A DNA stretch of 64,000 bases from Lingula anatina (lineage: Eukaryota > Animalia > Brachiopoda). Below are positions 52,947-64,000 of this stretch, one piece after another (positions within the stretch are counted from its first letter, which is position 1; each line of letters opens with the position of its first letter). The translations under genes and the position numbers were made by a program. The notes beneath the pieces are model-generated. The model was given only the letters and a program-made list of their open reading frames with translations. It ran no database searches and was not told the origin of the DNA. The stretch lies in contig CM120648.1 in the NCBI GenBank assembly GCA_051362555.1, positions 11,280,587-11,344,586 of the forward strand. The letters are read 5' to 3'.

Positions 52947-54150
52947 TGAATGTGCCTCACCACAGTCCAGAATCAAGACTTCTATCTGGCAGGATTCACA
53001 ATGGCTTTGAAAATGACTATGACTAATCGCGGGCCATGAAAAATATTTCTTGTAAATTAAATTTATATGTCCGTATCTTAGATGTCGTTGTCTTCAATTT
53101 TCAAAGTGTAGAATTAATTTACATTATTTTTTTTCATTTGATTTACCGATGTTAAGAAGAGATATACACTTTTATTTTCATTTAAGGTTCATCCATTATA
53201 AACAGACATATAAATGTAAAACATTTCTGCAAAACTGAATATTTTTATCATGTTGACTCGAAGTGAAATATAATGAGTGGAAGAAAACAGTCGATAAACG
53301 TCTGCGCACGTGCAACAGCATTGCCTCTCTGGTTGTTTGATGGTAGGAAAAAATGAAAAGTAATAATCACAAGTGATTATTTTTATGGTTATTCACCCAA
53401 TGTTTAAAGTAGCTACAATGCTAAATGTTGACTCATTGATGTAATTTTCGACAACAATCTTCATGAAGGGTTGGTAGTGGTCGACTTCGGAGCTTGCAAA
53501 GTTTAAACGCGACAACCAGTTGCAAAAAGCAAGGAGCCAACGTTTTATGCAATGTGATTTCACGAAAACAACTAAAAAATATATGGAAAAAAGTTGAAGC
53601 TAGCGCTCAGCTGTTCGTCGTTTCATGATTTTTGACAAAAGAAACCACTCAGATGGATGACACGTTCATGGTTTGTACAATGGAGAGAGGTTCTGCTTAA
53701 AATCTGGAAGAATTATCCTTCGGAAATGGGAGAACAGTGTGGAGAAGGTTTTTAAAAATTCATTTCGCCTGAAAGAAACCCCTATTCGTAACACGACAGC
53801 ATCAGCTTATTAATTTGAAACGGATATTTTGAGAACGTGGTTTTAAACGTGATATTCTTTTGTTTTCACACTTTTCCAAATATCTTCATTTCTTTGTCAC
53901 ATACCGCATGATTTCAATTACCTGTCAGTAATAATATAACAAATCATCATAATTTTTTTATGAAAAAGGAGCAATCACGCAAAAGATACCTTGCAATTGT
54001 TAACGGTGTGGTGGTGTTTTTGTAGTAATATGGTACTGATTAGCTAGATTCGTGCATCTTATTTCACTGTCACGTCAACACGAAATCTAACCAAAACGAC
54101 AGTTCCCGCACTCCCGAAGTAAGAGCGAATCAGGGAGTCGGCCCTATCTG

Positions 54151-54158
54151 TATATAAA
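54151..54158 (+). promoter_or_regulatory. Putative TATA box
   Basis: TATATAAA ~50 bp upstream of ATG 54209. Confidence 0.5.
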
Positions 54159-54208
54159 CGACGCAAAATACTACAGCAGAGCCCCGAGAGGAAAGATACA
54201 CATCAACA

Positions 54209-55746
54209 ATGAAGGTCCTTATGCTCTTGGTGTTGCTAATGTATTCCTTGATCAGTTCGGAAAATTTTCTTTCAGTCGTAGTGTCAAAGCGAAGCATTCC
54301 GAGTACCCCTCGTAACTCTGCCGCAGTCACGCCTACTACTACAAATGCCCCAAGTTCTGTCAGCAGTCGAGAACAGCGGTTGACAACGACACGACCAAGG
54401 CATAAAAGCACCAGGGTACCCAGGATCACTGAGAGTGACTCCCCTATGGTCACCGAAAGTGACTCACCTATGGTCACCGGAAGTGACTCCCCTATAGTCA
54501 CCGGAAGCGACTCCCCTATAATCGTCGAAAGTGACTCACCTATGGTAACCGGAAGTGACTCTCCTATGGTCAACGAAAGTCGCTCACCCGTTGTCGACGG
54601 AAATGGCTCTATTATGCTCAACGAATGTAATTTACCTACGGTAAACAAAAGTGGATCTCCCAAGGTCACAAGGGCGAACACAGCAGCTGTGAATAAGACG
54701 ATTGCCTCTACTGCCTCGTCCACAAACATGGCCACAAACAATGAGATTCATACAACACAAAAGGAACTACCAAATGTACACGTTTACTACTCTGCTTTCA
54801 CTCCAGAGATCCCAAACCTCAACTCAAATATAAGCTTAACAAGCGCACGCCAACCCAGCACCAGTCATGTATCTCAAGGACATTCATCAAAACCGTCACC
54901 GAAATCAGACCAATTTGATCCAACTTCCTCCACGTTGTATTCTAAGAGGGAACTAATTCTGCTTAACGTAACAGTGAACACCCCGTTCTGTGCGGGCCGT
55001 AGTGATGGGTTAACTAATGATATATGTCGTCCTCGTAACCTGCTACTGCGACGACTTGTGCGACATGTTTGGTGATTGCTGTTGGCCATACGACCGCTTT
55101 TGCAACAATACCAAAATCACCGGGATTGACAAACATAGAAATGACACAGAGTGTTGGTTACAGGGGTCTAGAGAAATTGAGGACGTTTACAGTAAATACT
55201 ACTGGGTAGTGTCTTCTTGTCCAAGCCACTGGCACGATGAAAAAGTTCGAAATAAATGCGAGTTTAAAGGCTGGTCCAATGACATAGCTGTAATGTTGCC
55301 CTTCTCGTCAGCAGAGTCAAACGTCACATTTAAAAACTCTTTTTGCGCCACCTGTCACAACGTGACGGCGCGCGAGGCATGGAAGCCCAAGATTGCGTGT
55401 CACAAGTCACAAATCGAGGTTTTCAAAGATGTTGCGACCGTTACCGGGGTTTTGGAGAAGATCCATTTGACACCAGATTGCATGCTTTTTTTTGGTGCGC
55501 CGGACCAACACCCAGGACGCCCTTGCATAGGCCCTGAAGCGGGACACGAACCCCAAAGCGGCACCAACAATGGAAGGTGCCAATTCACTTTTGACGCCGA
55601 ATCTGTACGTCTTTGTAATTCTGGACCCGTGTCAGTGACGTATTTTGAAGGGCCTCATGGCCACTCTTATGGTCGGAATCTATTCTGTTGGCTTTGCCAT
55701 GTGCCTCCAAATACTACCCCAAGCATCCAGCGCTGTAATGAAAACG
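54209..55746 (+). pseudogene. First exon of a secreted or membrane protein: signal peptide, S/T/P mucin stalk, somatomedin-B-like and Cys-rich domains; one frameshift
   Basis: MKVLMLLVLLMYSLISS; 8-aa VTGSDSPM repeats; CYCDDLCDMFGDCC, CP, FKNSFCATCH, RNLFCWLCH; donor G|GTAAGT at 55746; frame change near 55020-55040. Architecture typical of invertebrate adhesion/Methuselah-like GPCR ectodomains (inference). Confidence 0.7.
54426..54600 (+). repeat. 24-bp coding tandem repeat (~7 copies)
   Basis: GTCACCG(A/G)AAGTGACTC(C/A)CCTAT(G/A). Confidence 0.85.
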
Positions 55747-58035
55747 GTAAGTCTTCTTAGTTTCAAAATCTAAATTTTTGCCATGATCAACTCGAGTTAT
55801 AAGTTATATAAGTCATAATCAAACACAGAGTGGAAATTCACCTATTCCTGTATCCCATTATTCGTCAATTCAATAAAAATTTATTCCCGAACTGCTGTAT
55901 GCATTATTAATGTTTATAATTTGTGTTACAATACAATCGATTGTTTACACGTTATGCAAAACGTACTGTATATTTGTTAGTTATGTTCGTTCGAATCGTG
56001 CAGAGAACATTAATAAGAAAGATGCGTTGGATATCTTCCACGGTATGATATAACTAGCTTTTATAATTCTTTAAAATAAATAAATAAATAAATTTACAAT
56101 AAAAAATACATTCGCACATAAAATTACTAGATAAAAATCAGATTGTATATTTTACTGGTTCAGTAACCATTAGAATTATTTTATTAACGTTAAAATACAA
56201 TTTCTTGGCATGTTAGCATCTTCAACTTATTCATAAAAATTTTAATAATATTAACGAGGTTTTATTTTGATTGGGTATTAAGGAAGGTGGGTACGTTGCG
56301 ATGTATTTCCTTATCCGCTTAGATAATGCAGAAATAAACATTGTCCCGTTATGAAATTATGCTGTCACATAAAAAGCCCTTACATTGAGGTAAATAAACT
56401 ATTGTTGCGAGCTTATAAATTCAACAGCGTTTTTTTTTTTGGAGGGGGGTGTTGAAATTTATGTTTTCAATTTCAAACAGATCTTCCTCGGGAATCCTTA
56501 TTCGTCTGAACAGCCAGTTAAACACCGCTCAACACCGTTTACACGCCCATTTAATTACTTCAATCATCACTCCCTGGTGCCTGAGAAGTTTCTTGGTTTA
56601 ATCAGTAAACATGCCGGGTTTTGCCTTTGTTTGATGTAACATCGCAACTGAAAGTTAATATACCAATGCAAAAGATCTCAAACGTAAAAGAGGTAAGGCA
56701 AACTCGGGGAACAGATTGTATTCCATACCCTTGCCGTCAATCATGCCAATACATTGCCATGATGATATTTGACTTAAGCCAAGCACCATCTTACACCAAT
56801 AGAAAACAGTTAAACTGATGATAAATGAGACTAGAGTTTAAAAGCAGAAACGCGTGTGAGGTAAATGACACAAATAGGCGATTTTTGGCCCTAAGTGTTT
56901 AATTTTACTGCAATAGTATCTATATAAGTATTTTACATCAAAGAAACGGGAAAAGGGTTATTCTGACCAATTTATGCCTTTTTAACTTTTCGATCTCTTT
57001 TGAAGGAACCTAGATTAAGAAAAAAGACGTTGATGTATTTCGAAAAAAGGATTCTTGTTATTGAATAAGCGGAGATTGGCCTGGTCTGGAAAAAGATAAT
57101 ACAAAGTAATTACTTTTCTTCCGTATTGCACTTCCTATGTTTTGATTTAATATAATTAAATTTTATATTGTAAATTCTACTTTTTTTGTTGTATCTAATT
57201 ATTGATTGACTTTGAACGGCAGGTGAGATATCGAGTAAGGCATTTGAACCTCGGGGCCTTTCCGCTTTGATTGATTATCAACGAGAAGCACGATGCCAAG
57301 AAAGTTGGGATCACGTAAGCACGTACAATTACTAGGCTAAAACCTCTTGGGCATCTTTTACACAATGGTGTTACTTTGAACTTTTCTAAAAAAATAACTT
57401 GCAAAACTGACAAAATTGTTCAAATGAATCTTCTGGAGAATTTAATTCTGTTCAGTTATGTGAAATAAATATTAAGTATAAAAGTGTAATCTTTATTTTG
57501 ATAGAGTGGCTGCAAGATCACGTCCAGAGAATTTTTTATTTATATACATTACTTTTTTATGAACATTTTAAACTTAATGAAATAATGGCCAAGATGACGG
57601 TGTAATATGTTTGTGATAATGAAACTGAATAAGTAACGAACAAAATGTTGCAGTGTCCGTAATTGTTTTCGGCACGAAATAATCATTCAAAAAAATATAA
57701 AAATGAGGAAAGACAAATAAATACTGCGTTTCTTTTTACTTACACTGTATCTTGAATAAAGAAACCGTTGCAAAGTCGGTGTAGAGATTACACTATTACG
57801 TAAGGACATACGACACGTTTAGCTGCGAGGAACACAGTGATATAACGATACATGGTGCCATTTGTTTTCCCGTCTCATCGTGCATGTTTCTGAGAAATTT
57901 TGATTGAATCAAATGCACAAGACTACGATCGATTTTTCTCTATGTCACCAAACTGTAACTACGACAGATGGTCTAGATGCACACAAAAATGTATAGTTGG
58001 CAAACAGTAAAAATGTTCGGAGATTTAAAACAACT

Positions 58036-58106
58036 TGCATCGGCCGGGAATCGAACCCGGGCCGCCCGCGTGGCAGGCGAGCATTCTACCACTGAACCAC
58101 CGATGC
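58036..58106 (-). tRNA. tRNA-Gly(GCC)
   Basis: Identical to array copies, inverted orientation. Confidence 0.97.
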
Positions 58107-59656
58107 GTGATAATTTCCCATGCATTTACTTAGATGGTCCTCCTGACCCCCTCCCCCCCCCCAACAGGGGGTGGAGAAAAGAGGATATATAATGCCAATA
58201 AAATCATCAGGATGTTCGCAAATTTGCAACCATAATAAAGATTGCATAAGGTATATTTTCTTTTTGACTGAGATACCAAAACGTCTTACATGTAAAGTTA
58301 CTATCTACATCTTGTTTGTTACCTAAAGATAAAGTAATTTACATAATTAACTATACCTTCTACTACTACTCACAGATGTGCGTGACGAGTTAAATGACTG
58401 ACTTAAAGACGATAGCACTGTATATATTCTCTTTTTTCCACCCCTTAGAAACACTCCTCAGTTTTGTCATAAAATTTGATTTCCAATGTCAGCATTCTCT
58501 CTATATTAAGCGGCGCTTTTAGTGCCCAGTTTTCCAAATATGCGCTAACACACACACACACATAGACACACAAACACACTTTTGAAACGACCGGAAAATA
58601 TCATTTCTTAGTTGAACAATCCTATTGTAATTTGTGCAAGGGATTTATCAGTGGCAACTTAAAAGGGTAGCATAAGTTACTTATAGTAACTTATAGTAAC
58701 TGGCTCGCGCTGCCAGTAATTACGCCGCGGGATATTCAGTGCACAGACCGTGATCATAAGACATACCGAAAATAGAAAATAGAAAATAGACATTGCATGT
58801 GAACGAAGCCTAAGTGTCTAACAAATGGCTCCTTTCTTGGCGTAGATTCTACCGTGCTATTCATACAATTTTTAATTTGATTTATTTCACACTTAAAGTG
58901 TGAATTATAGTCTATGAAATATATAATAAAATATATTTTTAAAAATATTATAAATACACGGATGGCTCAAAAAGGTGAAAACACTTATTTGCACATTACG
59001 GTCAATATAGGTATGAACTGGTGACTATAGCAACAATAATAGATTAAGACTAGTAATAGTAGTAAAAAAATTAGTAAAACATAAAAAGTCTTGCCTCTTA
59101 ACTTTTGAGGACATAAAAATAAAATTGAAAAATTATAATACAAAATCATGTCAGGAAAATCGGGGATATGTAGGGCCTAAAAGGAGATTATCAAAATGCA
59201 AAAGTCGCCACACTCCGGCATTTTGAAGCGTCAGGGGGCAAGCCGTGGAGCAGACGGGCTTGAGTCAGGGCTATATACATGCATGTAGTTTGGGCGTGGG
59301 GGCCCCAAGGACAGAAAATTCAAGATTAGGTCTCATATTTTAAATGAAATGTTTACATGAAAACACAAGCTTAAAAATGTTGGAAACGTGGCATTATAGA
59401 GAGGTAGGCCTACGAGTGTTGTAAACGTAGGCCTAAGCATTTGGCAGAAAATGATCGTGACCATAGCCATTTGAACAAAGCAAATGTTTACCTTTCAGAA
59501 CACAGTTTGGGCATTAATATTATTGTTGTATTCCCATAATTTAAAGTGTTTGTTGTAGGTGTATTAATATTGACATGTGCATGTTTCGTCGGAGACAAAA
59601 CAGCTCGTAGGCAAACCGACAACAATTTACTTATTTACTCCGGGTCATAAGTTTTT

Positions 59657-59704
<48 letters not shown>

Positions 59705-61140
59705 TTGTATCATGTTCCAAATATATTGTAGTGATTCAGTCATGGTAAATTATAGCTGACGTAACCTGGAGGTCTTTTAAAATAAACTTTATAAACTGTA
59801 TCTCAGGGCTCTTTGCGTCATGACTAAAACATAGGTGACTTCCGGAAAAAAAAGGTTGTTCTGGTCCAAGCACTTGTCGACTGAAACATATATAGTGTTT
59901 TTATGTGTAGTTTGACATTTCTTACATAATTTTTGCACCACGAATAAAAAATATTTCATTTAAGTTTTGGGTGTATTGAAGTGTTGAATGCCACAGCAAG
60001 GAGAATGCTGCATTGATTGCTATAACATCCTGTGGCGAATCTATAAACCACAAAATGTGATCCTTACAATATTAATTGAACAATGCAGTCTTCACGTAAA
60101 AAGGAGCTGCTTACTTTTCCGGTCACCACTTCTCTACCCTAAAGCGTGGTGTTTTTAATAGGTAGGCCCCTATAATATTAATTTATTGAAGCATGGCTAG
60201 TAAATGCATTTTGGGAATATTGACGGATCCACTTTTTAATTCAGCTAAAATCAAGAAGCACTCCAAAGCTACTGTATCACGGCAACGTCAGCTGACCTGA
60301 CATTCGCATTCATTTACTCGTACCAAAAATATAATATCCTCCCAGGGCTAGATGTATGTTCTTAAAGTCATTGTGTTTAAAGGTACGGTCTACTCGTTTA
60401 CGGGATTTACAGTACCAATTTTTTCCTTCGGAAAAAAAGGCACTTTTCCTTACACAGGAATCATTGCTCAACCTGTTCCTGCACTCGGAGTCTATGCTTA
60501 ATTCCATTTTGAATTAATCATTTAGTTCTAATTAGAACTAACAGCTTTTTGGCACTTTATTTTGACCGATTTGAAGTTTTTAGGATAAGAATTGAGACTG
60601 ATAGTTGTGCAAGAAATGTACACATAGAAAATATTATAAAATACGCTCAGTATATCAATATTAATCTAACCGGTGCTGCGACTATTGCGGTCGGTATTAT
60701 TGACAATAGTTCAGCAATTACAAAAGTCAGTACTGAAATAGTATCATACAGTATGATTTAAACCTGACAAATAGGCCCCACTAAAATGTGGAGTACAGAA
60801 TTTTTATACTTAAATTAATATCAGTAGGCCTTCTCCGTTTTACTACCCGAAGTACCGATACGTTTAGAACCAACTTCCCCACTGGAAACTTGCCTTTCTT
60901 GTAAAGGGATTTCTAAATAGGCCTACATTTATTAGTTATTTTTTTAATATTTATGTACAAGTGTATGTCTTGTTAACCGTTTTTTAGCATAGCCTACGTA
61001 TTTATTATGTTATAACTGCAATAAATAAATAAATATTCAAGTTATAAGAAATATTACAAGGTCCAAATTCTCATTTTTTACAATGCAGATACTATTACAG
61101 CGATGAATGAGCGATTTTCTTCTCATTTTCTACAGTGTCT

Positions 61141-62185
61141 TTAAGTTGATCGCTCATCGATCGAAGGTTTTCGTGAATTGTTCCGGCAATTTGTAGATGG
61201 CGCTGCCGTATGATGAACACGTGTGAGTTCAACTTTTTCACAGCTGCTGTGACTGGCAAGCTTTTGCTTCCGCCTAGGACTTGCGTCGTGAGGTATCAAA
61301 GGTGAGCTCTCTGCAAGTGACCCTGACCTTGAGCCTCGTCGTTCGGTACGTGACTTTGAACCCCGCCTACTGAGATGTCTGTCACCGCAGTCAGATTGCA
61401 AACTAGACTTGTTACTTAAACTTTTCGGATCTTTGCTGCTAACTGTTGAAGATGGATGTTGTTGATCTGTTTTCCCCTGCAGGTTGTTTTGTTTTTGAGT
61501 GTCCAGAGCCGCCAAAGTAAAACTTGAAAACTGTGACGTCATGTGTAGACCTGAAAGCAGTTTCTATGACATTACCGAATGTATTATAATCTTCACAGAC
61601 ATTTAAGCGTAATCGGTTTTAGTGGCAACCCCAGAATCCAATAACTCCCACCCCACCCGTAATTTACTTTTATTTTTCAAAAAGGCAATCTTTTTTTTAT
61701 TTTGCTTTATTTCCTGAATCCACCTTCCACCCCTCGCCTGGTTTTACTCTCTTTCAGAGGCCCTTCTAGCGCTTAAAAAATTAGATGTTCACCTTGCATT
61801 GGCGATATGGCAATTGATGTTCTACTGATGTCAAAATAAATTAGCATTTCAGTCTAAAAGTTAGGACCAATTGTCAGGCTAAACTCTTTTGTAAAACAGA
61901 AACCAGGGCCCCGCATCGCGCATTGCGACCGAGCGCAAACTTCTTGATTCCATAACTCGCCCATACTCGCCCCATATAATACATTGTAGCCTCTATATGA
62001 TATCACTATTCGCAATACGCGATGCTTTCGAGTTAAGGGGCCCAGTTCTTTCCTACTTACTGCCCTCACTGCGTTCTTTCACGTCCGACACAAGGATGGC
62101 GCCTACTTTCTTGCGCCACTTCTTCGCATGTTTGGTTGCCGCCGCCAAGCCGGTCTTGGTAGTCTTCTTCGCTCCATGAATCACC
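61141..62185 (-). CDS. Last two exons of an unidentified gene (basic segment plus Ser/Arg-rich disordered tail)
   Basis: Exons 62185-62061 (cag/GTAAGT) and 61550-61141 (ttcag/TAA) join in frame: ...ERSEG-S-LHMTSQFSS...ERST*. Confidence 0.6.
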
Positions 62186-62761
62186 CTGCAGCAGATGTAT
62201 TACTTTGTTCATTTAGAGGAATGAATTTTACAGTCAATGACTGATGAAACCTCTATGTCAAAGAGTCAAACAGAGCAAGTAAATGGGCCAAACAGCACAA
62301 CTAATGGAAAGTTACGGCTAGCAACAAGAGAGATTAGTTATCATTCTTTTATGAGGAGGTAATGGAAAATCTGTATTAATGGAAGTCGTGAACTTTGGTC
62401 CACTAAGACACCATCACCAATTACGCAATTACATTACTATGATTGATGGCTTATTTTGCTAAGTTATCGAAAAATGAAATAATAATAGATATTACGTAAG
62501 AGCGGTAGACATCACACCATTACCAAATTAGGTAATTTTATTAAATTGACGGGAAGCTTAGAATAAAAAGTTGTTGAAACCAAAGAATATCTGTGATGAT
62601 TCATGATATTTCCTATCTACAAATATGTTATAATTTAATTGTGAGATTTTATTTATTATATTTTATTTTATTTTATTTATTATTTATTATTTTATTTGAG
62701 AATATATTTGCCAACCTTTTTGGGGGTGTCGCACAGCAGAAACATAGGAGGAAATCAAGAA

Positions 62762-62880
62762 CAATCACTGGCAGTAAAACCAATACGGCTAACCCACAGA
62801 TGACGACAGCAATCACTGCCAACACGGCTAACCCAGAGATGACGACAGCAATCACTGGCAGTAAAACCAATGCGGCTAAA
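62762..62880 (+). repeat. Short 36/48-bp tandem repeat
   Basis: CAATCACTG..ACGGCTAACCC..AGATGACGACAG repeated ~2.5 times. Confidence 0.7.
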
Positions 62881-63757
62881 AGCATTGCTCTAGGTAAAAA
62901 GTGAGAGAAACGGCACGAAGGTGAACGTTAGAGAAACAGCAAGTAGGAGAAAGGAAGTAGGAGTTTCCAATTATTTTCACCATCATGAATTGAGTGAGTT
63001 AAATGAAGTACATGAAAATAGAAACATAAATGCTTGAGTTGACAACAAAAATAATTGCTGTTCACAAATGCGTTTATTTAACTTACCTGATGCGTTAGAG
63101 AGTATAGATTACATTTTTGAGTTGTTGAATGATTTTATTTACAGTTATCCGCAGTTTATTTTGTTTGTTACTATGGAAGTGGTGTGACGTCACAATCTGC
63201 CAATGACGTCACGTGCACTAGTATGTATAGTGTCATGATGCGTGTAACGTAGACCGAATAATGGACTCAATAGGGACAATAGTTTTTTGAATGAGTATTG
63301 ATTTTTTTCTTTGTTACGTAATTTTGGCGTTGTTTACGTATAGCACGTTTTTGGGCCATCGCATGTCTTCAACACATCACCGACGTCACGTATCCTAGGA
63401 GTTTGTTTTTGTTTTTTTTTTTTTTTTGCTTTTTGTTCATAATCCCCGAAGAAGGCCCAGGGGCCGAAAGCTCGGATTGTATTTAACAGCTTTATTGAAG
63501 ATCTTTCTAGGTGCATCAATACATATACGTCTATTATTACCAAGATCTATACGGTGAATCAACATGAATCCTCAAGGTGCCATTTGTTGTACCGTATCAT
63601 CGTGCATGCTTTTGAGAAATGTTGATTTAATCAAATGCACAAGACTAGGGTCGATATTTCTCTATGTCAATAAACTGTAACTACGACAGACGTTCTAGAT
63701 GCACACAAAAATGTATAGTTGGCAAACAGTATAAATGTTCGCAGATTTAAAACAATT

Positions 63758-63828
63758 TGCATCGGCCGGGAATCGAACCCGGGCCGCCCGCGTGGCAGGC
63801 GAGCATTCTACCACTGAACCACCGATGC
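63758..63828 (-). tRNA. tRNA-Gly(GCC)
   Basis: Identical copy; flanks ~63575-64000 duplicate ~57850-58290. Confidence 0.97.
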
Positions 63829-64000
63829 GTGACATCAATCCGTGCATTTACTTAGATGGGACTCCAGACACCCTCCCCCCCCCCTCAACCCCACCCACCA
63901 CCAGCCAATAAAATTATCATTATGTTCGTAAATGTGCTGACATACTTAAGGTTGCAAAAGTTATTTTTTCTTCTTTGACTTTGACACCAGTACCTCTTAC

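Noticed and set aside
54130-54741. 203-aa minus-strand ORF
   Set aside because: Antisense shadow of the mucin repeat exon
63340-63545. Possible Penelope tail or hammerhead remnant
   Set aside because: Core CTGANGA/GAAA motifs not intact; similarity too weak

Overview
AT-rich, intron-containing animal genomic DNA, probably a marine invertebrate (inferred from repeat and gene families; species not determinable). Read by eye: (1) 1-6.5 kb: transposon debris (RTE LINE end, Academ-like end, a Helitron-like element carrying a 146-bp satellite, a Kolobok-type MITE); (2) a complete 7-exon 15-hydroxyprostaglandin dehydrogenase-like SDR gene (minus, 7177-10577); (3) a ~19-kb tandem array of tRNA-Gly(GCC) genes (9 full + 1 truncated) in 0.8-2.2 kb units with conserved flanking modules, interrupted at one tRNA position by a 2-exon gene for a sarcoplasmic calcium-binding/photoprotein-fold EF-hand protein with a likely signal peptide; (4) 34-49 kb: nested transposons (Gypsy gag/pol remnants, a furin-site F-type env gene, an intron-containing DD34E Tc1 transposase, a hAT with 5-bp TSD, a deleted Gypsy with a spliced extra ORF, several MITEs); (5) a frameshifted mucin/somatomedin-B ectodomain exon, two more inverted tRNA-Gly copies and the 3' end of an unidentified minus-strand gene. 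All family assignments come from motif recognition, not database searches.
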